Shown: positions 25,669-34,889, counted from the first letter of the stretch. The stretch is 51,122 bases of DNA from an uncultured Candidatus Saccharibacteria bacterium (GCA_964349525.1 CAYGGI010000001.1:1-51122); one strand, 5' to 3'. A program made the numbers and translations. The notes: generated by a model from the letters alone, not told the origin.

Positions 25669-27870
25669 ATGAAAGATTTTTTCAAGAAATATAGAATAGA
25701 CATTATTATCTTCGGAGTGGCGCTCTGCGCGAGAATTTTCCTTTTTGGGGTCAATTTCCATGCGTCGAATGGAGATCTGCTCGGCACCATTCATGGAGAC
25801 GACGGCTACTTCGAATTGAGCAGAGGCCTTCTCGCAGGCCATGGTTTCTCCTGGGATGTGCAGGAGCCTTTTCTGCCGAACACTCTCCGTACCCCGCTCT
25901 ATATTTATTTTATTTCCGCCAGTACATTCGTCTTCGGAAACTACGGATTCGCCATAGTCATCCAGATCATCCTCGGGGCACTCATTCCTGTCCTTGGTCG
26001 GCATATCGCTCTCGCGCTTATATCGAGAGAAAGGGTGGCTCTATGGGTGGGCATACTCCTTGCCTTCGAGCCTTATCTCGTCCTTTTTTCATCCATTTTC
26101 TACACCGAAACCTTTTTCATATTTCTCTTCTTGATTTTTATTCTTATTTTTCTCAAATATCTGAAGGAGGGAACTACACGCGCGCTCATTTGGAGCTCCT
26201 TCATCCTCGGCTTGGCGACTTTGACAAAAACGACTGTCCAATATCTGCCTCTCCTCCTCTTTTTCCTCATTCTCTGGAATTTCCGAAACATATTTTCACG
26301 AAAAAAGCTCCTTGGGCACGCTATACTTTTCATGGCTGTTTTCCTCGTCACCCTGTCTCCATGGCTGTATCGCAATTATCTGGAATTCGGAGTGGTCGGC
26401 ATGACGGCCCAGCCTGCATATAATCTGAATGTATATCTTGTCCCCTCGGTTCTTTCTCTTGAAAACGGCACGAGTTTCAACAGTGAAGTTGCGAAGTTCG
26501 TCACCACGGAAGAGTCGTCGGGTAACAAGATCACGCTGGCCAACAGTCCTGAATATACCAGAAGAGCATGGACTGTGCTCAAGGATCATCCGACAGGCCT
26601 CGTGAAATCCATGGCCATCACGATGGTTACTTTCTTTACCCACGATGGCATGCTCACGGTGCTCCAACATGCAGGATATGTGCCGGATGTGTACATGGGC
26701 AAGCCTGCCATCTCTCTTATATTCTCGTCGCCCCTCACATTTCTGCAGACTATGTTGAAATATATTCAAACCCCTCTTGTCCTAGTACTCGTCTTACGAA
26801 TAGTATGGATTGTTATTACTTTATTTTTCTTAATCGGGCTCGTGAGATTTATGAAAGTTAGGAAATGCGATGCCATTTCGCTCTTCATCCTTATCACGAT
26901 TCTCTATTTTGTAGCGACGAGTGCTATCGGAGGGCTCGGAGTCAACGCGAGATATCGCATGCCTCTTGATCCGATCCTCTTTACTTTTGCCCTGACTGGA
27001 TTTATATATATCCGCAATGTTATACTGCCTAAGCATAAAAAAACTATGACAAAAGACAGTACACAGCGACGAAAAATGGTAGAAGCCGCCATCGTGTGGA
27101 ATGGTCCATACCGCATTGACGAAAGCGGTCGACCCTTTCTGATTGAAAAGGAAGTTTTTGTTGCGAATGAGACCGAGCATGAAAGCGGGATAAATTGGCT
27201 CAAATCATTTCTTAAACGATGGCCAAAGCTCTACTACAGTGTCTGGCATGTTTTCTGTCCCGTTCTCATGCTTCGTCATGGACCGAGGATGATAAAGGAT
27301 TTTATTCCAAAAGATGCGATAGTAGTAGACCTTGGTTCAGGACCAGAGAGACTAGGAGACAGTTTTTTGAATGTGGATGTCTACCCGTTTCCTGAAGTGG
27401 ACATCGTGGCAGATGCCGAGCACCTGCCTTTCAAGGATAATTCTCTCGAAGCCCTCGTTTCCGAGTCTATGCTCGAGCATGTGCCGAATCCCCGGAAAGT
27501 CGCGGCAGAGATGGCGAGAGTTTTGAAGTCGGGAGGAGTCATCTATGTGAGCGCTCCCTTTATCCACCCATATCACGCTTCTCCAGATGATTTCAATCGA
27601 TGGACTATTTCTGGCTTGAAAGAGCTTTTTCCTGACCTTGAGATTATAAAAAGTGGCGTGCGTTCCGGTCCTTGGAGCGCCTTCCTCATGTTCCTAGCGT
27701 ATTGGCTCGGCGTAGTTTTCTCGCTCGGCTCGAGGAAAGTCGCCCCGTTTCTCGCCCATATTTTTATGTTAGTATTAGGCCCACTTAAATATTTAGATTT
27801 TTTCTTCACGGATATTCCTGGAGCCGAAGCCGTAGCAGCACATCTCTATATAATTGCAAAAAAGAAATAA
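25669..27870 (+). CDS. Fusion: GT-C fold polyprenyl-phosphate-sugar-dependent glycosyltransferase (PMT_2/ArnT-like) + class I SAM methyltransferase + C-terminal TM tail
   Basis: About 450 aa of polytopic membrane domain with first-loop acidic motif HGDDGYFELSRGLLAGHGFSW. Then VVDLGSGPERLG, LVSESMLEHVPNPRKV and LKSGGVIYVSAPF, then two further hydrophobic helices. Confidence 0.75.
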   Translation: MKDFFKKYRIDIIIFGVALCARIFLFGVNFHASNGDLLGTIHGDDGYFELSRGLLAGHGFSWDVQEPFLPNTLRTPLYIYFISASTFVFGNYGFAIVIQIILGALIPVLGRHIALALISRERVALWVGILLAFEPYLVLFSSIFYTETFFIFLFLIFILIFLKYLKEGTTRALIWSSFILGLATLTKTTVQYLPLLLFFLILWNFRNIFSRKKLLGHAILFMAVFLVTLSPWLYRNYLEFGVVGMTAQPAYNLNVYLVPSVLSLENGTSFNSEVAKFVTTEESSGNKITLANSPEYTRRAWTVLKDHPTGLVKSMAITMVTFFTHDGMLTVLQHAGYVPDVYMGKPAISLIFSSPLTFLQTMLKYIQTPLVLVLVLRIVWIVITLFFLIGLVRFMKVRKCDAISLFILITILYFVATSAIGGLGVNARYRMPLDPILFTFALTGFIYIRNVILPKHKKTMTKDSTQRRKMVEAAIVWNGPYRIDESGRPFLIEKEVFVANETEHESGINWLKSFLKRWPKLYYSVWHVFCPVLMLRHGPRMIKDFIPKDAIVVDLGSGPERLGDSFLNVDVYPFPEVDIVADAEHLPFKDNSLEALVSESMLEHVPNPRKVAAEMARVLKSGGVIYVSAPFIHPYHASPDDFNRWTISGLKELFPDLEIIKSGVRSGPWSAFLMFLAYWLGVVFSLGSRKVAPFLAHIFMLVLGPLKYLDFFFTDIPGAEAVAAHLYIIAKKK

Positions 27871-27871
27871 T

Positions 27872-28567
27872 ATGAAGAAACTTTCAATAATAATCCCCGC
27901 ATATAATGAAGAGAAGACAATCGGGAAAATAATAGAGCTTGTCAAAAGTGCGGATATAGGTAATCTCGAACGGGAGATTATCGTTGTTGACAATAACTCG
28001 AAGGATTCAACCTTCAAGGTTGTGAGCGCGATTCCTGATATAAAAGTTATCAAAGAATTGAGGCCGGGGAAAGGCGCCGCAGTGAAAAGAGGTTTTAAAG
28101 AAGCTACAGGAGATATTTTCATCATTCAAGATGCTGACCTCGAATACGACCCCAGGGACTATCAGGCGGTCATACAGCCGGTACTCGATGGCAGATGTGA
28201 ACTGACTCTCGGTATCCGCATAGAAGGCAGGCGCAAAGACGACCATCACAAGATGCTCTATTTTCTCGGACTCCTCGGCAACTACACCATTACTTGGGTC
28301 ACCAATATTCTGTACCTCAATAATGCCGGCGAGTACGAAGGATGCTACAAGGCTATTACAAAGAAGTTGGCGAACGAGATTGAGGTGAAAACTGACAACT
28401 TTGATTATGACAACGAGCTCGTCTGCAAGGCTCTCAAAAAGGGGTATAAGACCATCGATGTTCCTATACATTTTTACCCCAGGAATTATGAAGAAGGAAA
28501 AAAGATAAATTGGAAGCACGGGTTCCTGATTCTGTGGACGATCATAAAGTGCAGGTTTACGAAATAA
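27872..28567 (+). CDS. Glycosyltransferase, GT2 family (polyprenyl-phosphate sugar synthase-like)
   Basis: LSIIIPAYNEEKTIGKII, VVDNNSKDST and IIQDADLEYDP. ORF trimmed to ATG 27872. Confidence 0.85.
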   Translation: MKKLSIIIPAYNEEKTIGKIIELVKSADIGNLEREIIVVDNNSKDSTFKVVSAIPDIKVIKELRPGKGAAVKRGFKEATGDIFIIQDADLEYDPRDYQAVIQPVLDGRCELTLGIRIEGRRKDDHHKMLYFLGLLGNYTITWVTNILYLNNAGEYEGCYKAITKKLANEIEVKTDNFDYDNELVCKALKKGYKTIDVPIHFYPRNYEEGKKINWKHGFLILWTIIKCRFTK

Positions 28568-28570
28568 GCA

Positions 28571-28594
28571 GACCCCTCCGTTTCTGAAGGGGTC
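28571..28594. terminator. Hairpin between convergent operons (probable bidirectional terminator)
   Basis: GACCCCT (28571-28577) pairs with AGGGGTC (28588-28594). Moderately T-rich on both sides. Confidence 0.5.
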
Positions 28595-28612
28595 GTGTTG
28601 TATCAAGTGATC

Positions 28613-30145
28613 CTATGCGGTTGTCCTCAGAATATTTCCTGGGAATCCTTGTCCCATGGAATGTTCATAGCGCATGGCTGGCGCGCCTTTGTTGAAGGGA
28701 ATGTCGAGAATCCTTCGAACATCACTCTCCAAGCGATTGCGTTCGAGGACGATCTCCTCAGTAGAAAGATGGTCTGTGTAGACGAAAGCCTTGTAGCCTC
28801 CGTCCGGATCGCCTTTGTAGTAGTCAGCGACTTCCAGAAAATCGATCTCGATCTGATAGAGTCGTGTGCCGGTCGGTGGATAGGTGTATATCCAGACTCC
28901 TTTTATCTCCGGATGAGGAAGGGCGTGATCGTAGTACGGAGTGCCGGGGTACGCAGTGATGACAGAGACATCGAAGTCATCCGGTTTTGCCTCTAGGAGC
29001 CACTCTCTCGTAGCTTCGATCGTCGCAGGGGATTCACCTGGGTGCCCCATGGACATCAGAGCTTTCACTTTGAGACCATGGTGTTGGGCGATTTCCATGC
29101 AACGAGTGTTTTCGGCCCGTGTAGCTTTTTTATTGATCGCAGTCAGTATCTCTTCAGATCCTGACTCGAAGCCGACGAGGATCCAGCGGAAACCCGCTTT
29201 GTACATGGCTTCGGCCTGTTCGTCGGTGAGGAGTTGGGACTTGATGAATCCGCGGAGCTTCCATTCGACACCGAGATCCTGCTGAGTCTTCGCGATGAGA
29301 GCCATGAGTTCGAGCATCTTAGGATTAACATTGAGTTCGTCATCGTAGAGCATGAAGCCCTTGAAACCATAAGTCTTATAGAGATGGACCATTTCATCAA
29401 CGATATCTTGGGATGTTCGCATGCGGATCCTGCGAAATGTCGGAGATTCCCGACCTCCACAGAATCCGCAACCAAAAGGACAACCGAGCTGGGCGATGAG
29501 AGAGATGGCGATAACTCCGTCGATGGAGTAATGATAGCTTGAAACATCCACGAGGTGTCTAGCTGGCCACGGTGACAGGTTCAAACGTTCGTTTGTGAGG
29601 AAGAGCGCTGAACCTACGATATCCGCGTCGACAATCTTCGGCGATTTCTCTCCGAGAGCGATAAAGATCGCTTCTTCGCCGTCTCCTGCCACGATGACAT
29701 CGAATGTATCAGTGAGTTGGTTCATGGCTTTTGTAGCCCGACCTGTTCTTCCCACCAACTTCTCTTTTTTGTAGGCGGTATTGGTGAGTGTGGCATGTGG
29801 TCCGCCGAGGATGATTTGCACATCCGAACGGACACTGCGTAGCGCTTCCACAATCTTCACCGTTGCCGGCAATTGTGGAGTGGTGGCAGTGATTCCAAAA
29901 TGATGAACATCAGGAGTTTGCCTAACATAGTCTCGAACAATGTCGAGAAAGTTATTGAATCCTGACAGATCGAGGACATCGACGCGTACCCCAGCTTGTT
30001 CCACCATCGCGGCGACCTTGAGGATGCCGAGGTTCATAAACACTCGTTCGTCCATAAGGAAGATAGATGGAGGAGTGATGAAGGTCACGCGACCGGGAAG
30101 GTAAGAGTCTCTCGTGCGGAAAGACTCGGTGGTAATGATTTTCAT
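28613..30145 (-). CDS. B12-binding-domain radical SAM enzyme (class B-like)
   Basis: CxxxCxxC cluster motif GCPFGCGFCGG. It is preceded by a Rossmann-like N-terminal domain of about 180 aa (LGILKVAAMVEQAGVRVDVLDL...IILGGPHAT), typical of cobalamin-binding radical SAM proteins. Confidence 0.8.
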   Translation of the reverse strand: MKIITTESFRTRDSYLPGRVTFITPPSIFLMDERVFMNLGILKVAAMVEQAGVRVDVLDLSGFNNFLDIVRDYVRQTPDVHHFGITATTPQLPATVKIVEALRSVRSDVQIILGGPHATLTNTAYKKEKLVGRTGRATKAMNQLTDTFDVIVAGDGEEAIFIALGEKSPKIVDADIVGSALFLTNERLNLSPWPARHLVDVSSYHYSIDGVIAISLIAQLGCPFGCGFCGGRESPTFRRIRMRTSQDIVDEMVHLYKTYGFKGFMLYDDELNVNPKMLELMALIAKTQQDLGVEWKLRGFIKSQLLTDEQAEAMYKAGFRWILVGFESGSEEILTAINKKATRAENTRCMEIAQHHGLKVKALMSMGHPGESPATIEATREWLLEAKPDDFDVSVITAYPGTPYYDHALPHPEIKGVWIYTYPPTGTRLYQIEIDFLEVADYYKGDPDGGYKAFVYTDHLSTEEIVLERNRLESDVRRILDIPFNKGAPAMRYEHSMGQGFPGNILRTTA

Positions 30146-30217
30146 AAGAACTATATACTTCCATAAATATACCCATTATCAAGATGCGTGTCCATAGGTG
30201 ACTTTATTTTCACCTTT

Positions 30218-31000
30218 TTACCGTCTTAGACCGTGATACCCAATATCCTTCGGTGTATTCCATTCTCCTGATTCTGCCTTGAACTTTATAGAGACTGCCT
30301 TGCAGATAAGTATGGAGTTCCAGGCTGTTATATGCTTCTCTATGACCTCAAATCCCGCGCACTGAAGCATGGACTCAAGACAACTCGGGGTCATACCCCA
30401 GAACCAGTTCCCATAGCCTTCCTGCGGCTCATAGGGGCCTGTAATAGCCTTTTGGCTGCCTATACCCCTATTCCATATTTTACGCTGATTTTCGGGTAAA
30501 AAGGGGTAAAAAATGGCTGCATTTCGGAGTCCGTGCACCTCAGGGATCGATGCGGTATTGAGTATCAAAATTTCACCAGTAATAGCGCGAAGACGGGTGA
30601 GAAGGTGAATAGGGTCAGGAGTGTGGTAAAGGACTCCAGAACAGAGAACCACATCACATACACCTACCTTGTTTGTAGTATCGGTAAGGTTCACATCTCC
30701 TTGAACGAATTCTACTTTGGAATTCCTGCGTTTTTTTTCTTCTATAAATTTCTCGCTCGCCGGGTAAATGTCGAGTGCGACAATTCTCCGTGCTCCACTT
30801 TCTTCAGCCACAAATGAATTGAGACCATCCACCCCCCAAAGTGCGCCGATATCTGCAAAAGATTTCCCCTTTGAATATTTTTTTACCAGATCACTATTAC
30901 TGATCTCTGGGCGAGCTCCAAATACCTTTTTTAATTTGCGCCTCACTCGCTGTGTGAATGCATATCTTTTTGAAAGTCGTACTGAAAGTTTGTAAAACAT
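30218..31000 (-). CDS. Class I SAM-dependent methyltransferase
   Basis: FADIGALWGVDG, RIVALDIY and VVLCSGVLYHTPDPIHLL (motif I / post-I / motif II-III pattern). Confidence 0.7.
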   Translation of the reverse strand: MFYKLSVRLSKRYAFTQRVRRKLKKVFGARPEISNSDLVKKYSKGKSFADIGALWGVDGLNSFVAEESGARRIVALDIYPASEKFIEEKKRRNSKVEFVQGDVNLTDTTNKVGVCDVVLCSGVLYHTPDPIHLLTRLRAITGEILILNTASIPEVHGLRNAAIFYPFLPENQRKIWNRGIGSQKAITGPYEPQEGYGNWFWGMTPSCLESMLQCAGFEVIEKHITAWNSILICKAVSIKFKAESGEWNTPKDIGYHGLRR

Positions 31001-31012
31001 AATAAATATTAT

Positions 31013-31816
31013 TTAATGATAAAATGACTTACTTATTTTTAAATGATCGATCGGTAGTCCATCTTTCACGGCAAGATAGTTCGTAAGGGTGAATCTTTCC
31101 TGATCTGGATAATAGATGACTTTTTCTGTTGATAGAGGTTTGATTCTATATAGAGTATATCCATAACTTACAAAAAAATCTATAAAATCTTTCAAGAAAA
31201 CGCCTGCTTGGGCTGTGGCGCCAGAAAACTCAAACTGGATAAGGTCGATTGCTTTTTTTTGAAACATTCCACGAGCACCCTCGAGAACAAAAAATTCGTA
31301 TCCTTCGACATCTATTTTCATGAAATCAATATGAGTGATATTTTTTGAATCGGCATAATTGTCTATCGTGTCTACCTTCACTTTCTTGTTTTCCAGAAGT
31401 TCAGCCTCGCCATGGAGGTCGAGAAGGGAATTGAAAACGCTTTTGTTCTTGTGAAGGTGAAGTACGGCTTCACCAACAGTTTTTCCTAAAGCGCAGTTAT
31501 TAGCCCTTACTCCCTTCTTCGAAAGTTCACCAAACGCTCGCGAGTCGGGTTCAAAAGCATGGATAAGGACATCTTTTTTGATATGTAAAATCTCCTCCGC
31601 ATAGTCTCCAATATTTGCGCCCACATCGAACACGACTTTCGCACGAGGGATGATCTCTTTTAGGAGGCGATACTCGCCATTTGTTCTACGATCAAAATCG
31701 TTGTCTCCATAACAGAAATCAACATACCTGGAGCAGAATTTAAAGAGGTTTTTTGAATATCGTGGATGAGCTCGGTTCATGAAGAGACGAGTCGCCAGCA
31801 GTCCAAATAATTTCAT
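31013..31816 (-). CDS. FkbM-family methyltransferase
   Basis: [28 protein letters not shown] and [19 protein letters not shown]. The ORF was trimmed from 32281 to ATG 31816 because the extension is antisense to a motif-bearing gene. TGCTATGAT box 9 nt upstream. Confidence 0.8.
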   Translation of the reverse strand: MKLFGLLATRLFMNRAHPRYSKNLFKFCSRYVDFCYGDNDFDRRTNGEYRLLKEIIPRAKVVFDVGANIGDYAEEILHIKKDVLIHAFEPDSRAFGELSKKGVRANNCALGKTVGEAVLHLHKNKSVFNSLLDLHGEAELLENKKVKVDTIDNYADSKNITHIDFMKIDVEGYEFFVLEGARGMFQKKAIDLIQFEFSGATAQAGVFLKDFIDFFVSYGYTLYRIKPLSTEKVIYYPDQERFTLTNYLAVKDGLPIDHLKISKSFYH

Positions 31817-31867
31817 ATGAGGCGTATCATAGCATATTTTATGGATATCAAGTATAATTTTCGAGTC

Positions 31868-32647
31868 ATGCAACCTTCCATAACTGATGTAAAGGACTTC
31901 TGGAATCGCCGTCCCTGCAACCTCCGCCATTCTCCCGAGCCTGTCGGCACACGGGCGTATTTTGATCAAGTAGAAAAAAGAAAGTACTTTGTCGAGTACC
32001 ACATTCCAGGCTTTGCAGATTTTCCTAGGTGGAAAGGGAAGAAGGTTCTCGAGATCGGTTGCGGTATCGGGACGGACTCCGTCAACTTCGCTCGTGCAGG
32101 CGCCGAGCTCACTGCTGTCGAACTTTCTGAGGAGAGTCTCAAGCTCTGCCGAGAGCGTTTCGAAGTTTATGGCTTGCGAGCCCGATTCTACATAAGCGAC
32201 GCGGAAACCCTTTCGCGAGTGGTGCCTATCGAGAAATACGACCTCGTATATTCCTTTGGCGTTATCCACCATTCGCCACATCCGGAAATGATTATTGCGG
32301 AGGCACAGAAATACATGGGTCCGGATTCCGAGCTACGCATCATGCTCTATGCAAAGTATTCTACAAAGAATTTCCTCATCTTGCTCGGCCTCATGCAGCC
32401 GGAAGCGCAGACAGGATGTCCTATCGCTTTTACCTACAGTAAAAAAGAAGTAAGGGATTTACTCAAGGACTTTAATGTTATTTCGATACAAAAAGAGCAT
32501 ATTTTTCCGTATAAGATAGGACCATATAAAAAATACGAGTACAAGAAAGCATTTCCGTGGAATATTTTGCCGAGCGCGGTTCTCCGATGGTTTGAAAAGA
32601 GATTCGGCTGGCATCTTTTGATCAGGGCGAAGCTTAAGAAAATGTAG
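31868..32647 (+). CDS. Class I SAM-dependent methyltransferase
   Basis: FWNRRPCN N-terminus, [19 protein letters not shown] and [16 protein letters not shown]. Start set at ATG 31868, with TATAAT at 31853-31858. Confidence 0.8.
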   Translation: MQPSITDVKDFWNRRPCNLRHSPEPVGTRAYFDQVEKRKYFVEYHIPGFADFPRWKGKKVLEIGCGIGTDSVNFARAGAELTAVELSEESLKLCRERFEVYGLRARFYISDAETLSRVVPIEKYDLVYSFGVIHHSPHPEMIIAEAQKYMGPDSELRIMLYAKYSTKNFLILLGLMQPEAQTGCPIAFTYSKKEVRDLLKDFNVISIQKEHIFPYKIGPYKKYEYKKAFPWNILPSAVLRWFEKRFGWHLLIRAKLKKM

Positions 32648-32651
32648 TTCT

Positions 32652-33557
32652 TCAACACTGCACCATCTTCGCATACTTGTTCTCAAAAAACTCCTTCTTA
32701 TCCGCGTAGTAATTCCAATCCATTTGATTTTTTGTCATTACAATATGCGGGATATTCCCATACCATGAAGCGAACGCGCCGAAGCTCGAATCAGATCCGA
32801 TGATCATGTCTGTACTTGAGAGGAGGAAGAGGTCGGTGACCGAGTCCTCTTTTGAGATATATGTATTTAAATTCCTGAAAATGCTTCCTTCTATCGGTCC
32901 ATCGGAAGTAATGAGAAAGAGTGTCGCATTTTTATTGATGGAGTTCCTCTGGATGAATTCATCGATAATCTCTTTTACCCGTGTTTGATCTATAAAATAT
33001 GCCCCACCTTTGAATTCTCTGTAGTCATGCTGACGAATATGGACGCCGATTATCTTCTCATGCGTTTGCCGAAGCGACCCAATGATATCGGTCACTTTCT
33101 TCTCGATCGCTGAGTTCGGTGTAAAAGCGGACACGAGTTCTCTTCTGCATCTTTTGAGTCCAGCAGGATTCCTGAACAGCCAACCTACAAAGTAGAGAGT
33201 ATCTTTGGTAGGAAGTGTGGTGGGTAGATAGACTACTTGATTTCCTTCGTTCTCTGAAGATACTACGCTGTTTCTAACGAAGAATTGTACGCTATGCGCG
33301 TACGCGAGATAGGCATTTCGCCAGAAGCGATTGCGAGAGCTCCCGCGCCTGCCTATTGAATCCCGGAACCAATAGGAGAAAAATCGAGTAAGAAAGTTTT
33401 CATGTTCGATAAATTTGAAATAGGGATGATATTCAAAAAAAGAAGGGTTCTGCACCTCTGCGCCAGTTTCGAGTCCATAGGCGTAGATGCTTATATAATT
33501 CCACAATTGGTTTGCGAGTTCACCTCCGCCATGCTTCAAAATAATTATTTTTTTCAT
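32652..33557 (-). CDS. GT11-like (fucosyltransferase-superfamily) glycosyltransferase, putative
   Basis: GGGELANQLWNY parallels GT11 GGLGNQLFQY. IIGVHIRQHDY parallels the GT11 HVRRGDY motif. IGSDSSFGAFASWYG parallels the C-terminal S-x-FSWW motif. Confidence 0.5.
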   Translation of the reverse strand: MKKIIILKHGGGELANQLWNYISIYAYGLETGAEVQNPSFFEYHPYFKFIEHENFLTRFFSYWFRDSIGRRGSSRNRFWRNAYLAYAHSVQFFVRNSVVSSENEGNQVVYLPTTLPTKDTLYFVGWLFRNPAGLKRCRRELVSAFTPNSAIEKKVTDIIGSLRQTHEKIIGVHIRQHDYREFKGGAYFIDQTRVKEIIDEFIQRNSINKNATLFLITSDGPIEGSIFRNLNTYISKEDSVTDLFLLSSTDMIIGSDSSFGAFASWYGNIPHIVMTKNQMDWNYYADKKEFFENKYAKMVQC

Positions 33558-34876
33558 TTCTTTCTACCAGGAGAAATGTAGGTCACATGTTTATTAAAAT
33601 CCTTCTGCGTGAACATACCCCACGAGTCTATGATAGTTTTCTTTGTTTTCGTATTCTTGAGGATTTCAGGAATGGTGATGAAGAGCTTGTCGTTATTAGA
33701 TACAAAAATCACATCACTTTTCTTCAGTGTGTCTTTTAAGCTTTTAGCATAACTAACTTTACCGCCAAAAACCCTCTTTGCATCATGGTGGCCCATCGGC
33801 TCATAAAGTAGGATGGGGTGTTTAAGGGAAACAAGCTTCTCGGTGATGAAGCGGGCCTGGGATTCTTCGGAGAGAGTGGTGTTTGGCTTGTAGGAGATGC
33901 CGAGGATTCCTATCACATCCTTCGGCTTGGCGGCAGATTTTCTGATAAGAGATAAAGTTTTTTTCCAGATGCCATCATTGAGATTGTGGGTGGCGAGAGC
34001 AATAGGAGTCTCTACCCCCAGCTTTTTGGCCATTGCGGCGAAGGCAAAGTTGTCGCGGGGGAAGCAGGTGCCGCCATAGCCGAGACCTGCGCGCAGATAC
34101 GCCTTCCCGATTCTCCGGTCCTTGCCCAGAGTGGTGGTGATCTCGTCAACATCGGCATACGGAAGTTTCGAACAGAGTTCACCGAGAATGTTGGCAAAAG
34201 TGATCTTCATGGTCACATAAGAGTTGAGGCTGATCTTGGCAAGCTCCGCGCTTTCTATGTTCATCTGTTCAATAGGCTTCTGGCCTTTGTAAATATTCTC
34301 GTAGATCTCTCTCACCGCCTCGCGAGCTGGTCCCTCCGGAGCTCCGAGGAATACGAAATCGGGATTTTCGAGATTGTTGAGAATATCCCCGATGGCGATG
34401 AGGCTCGGGCTGTAGGCGTAGCCGAAATGCTCGCCATGCTTCTTCCCTGAATGTTTTTCAAAAGCGGGAATGATGAGCTCATGGGAATTTCCCGGAAGAA
34501 CCGTGCTCACAAGGACGAAGACATGGTAGCCGTCTTTTTTATTGAGATGATGTCCGATCGCTTGCGCGGCAGAAAGAATATAGTCGACAGAAAATAAACC
34601 ATCTTTCCTGCTCGGAGTAGGGAGGATGATGAAGGTAAGATCTGTCTCTGCTATGAGCCTACCAAGCTCTGTAGTAGCGCTTATGCGCTCGCTGTTTCTC
34701 TTTATGAGCTCCGCAAGCCCAGGCTCATTTACAGGCGCCAAGCCCTCATTTAAAAGGCTTACATTCGCCTCATTGATATCGTAGCCCAGAACACTGTAGC
34801 CCTTGCTGGCATAAAAAGCGGCATAGCAAGCTCCTAGTTTTCCCAGACCAATGACTGAAAGTTTCTTTTTTGGCAT
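33554..34876 (-). CDS. Nucleotide-sugar 6-dehydrogenase (UDP-glucose/GDP-mannose dehydrogenase family)
   Basis: LSVIGLGKLGACYAAFYASKGYSV (NAD fold) and catalytic-Cys segment GYGGTCFPRDN. ORF trimmed to ATG 34876. Confidence 0.85.
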   Translation of the reverse strand: MPKKKLSVIGLGKLGACYAAFYASKGYSVLGYDINEANVSLLNEGLAPVNEPGLAELIKRNSERISATTELGRLIAETDLTFIILPTPSRKDGLFSVDYILSAAQAIGHHLNKKDGYHVFVLVSTVLPGNSHELIIPAFEKHSGKKHGEHFGYAYSPSLIAIGDILNNLENPDFVFLGAPEGPAREAVREIYENIYKGQKPIEQMNIESAELAKISLNSYVTMKITFANILGELCSKLPYADVDEITTTLGKDRRIGKAYLRAGLGYGGTCFPRDNFAFAAMAKKLGVETPIALATHNLNDGIWKKTLSLIRKSAAKPKDVIGILGISYKPNTTLSEESQARFITEKLVSLKHPILLYEPMGHHDAKRVFGGKVSYAKSLKDTLKKSDVIFVSNNDKLFITIPEILKNTKTKKTIIDSWGMFTQKDFNKHVTYISPGRKK

Positions 34877-34889
34877 ACCTGCTATCTTT

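Noticed and set aside
25327-26004. 225-aa minus-strand ORF. Similar long antisense ORFs lie at 28007..28606, 44321..44920, 4315..4842, 49486..50013, 10332..10847 and 7570..8091.
   Set aside because: Each lies entirely antisense to a gene with strong family motifs. They have odd composition (Arg/Ser/Cys-rich, low complexity) and no start context. They are typical shadow ORFs.
30196-30215. Hairpin AGGTGA...TCACCT next to the stop of the 30218 methyltransferase gene
   Set aside because: On the strand where a gene ends (minus) no U-run follows. On the plus strand it has a U-run, but no plus-strand gene is upstream. It is too ambiguous to call a terminator.
31817-32281. 155-codon N-terminal extension of the FkbM ORF (31013..32281), giving a 465-nt two-strand open region
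   Set aside because: The plus-strand frame carries unmistakable class I methyltransferase motifs ([22 protein letters not shown]), while the minus-strand extension has none. FkbM proteins are about 250-280 aa, and ATG 31816 has a -10 box upstream. I treated it as an antisense artefact.
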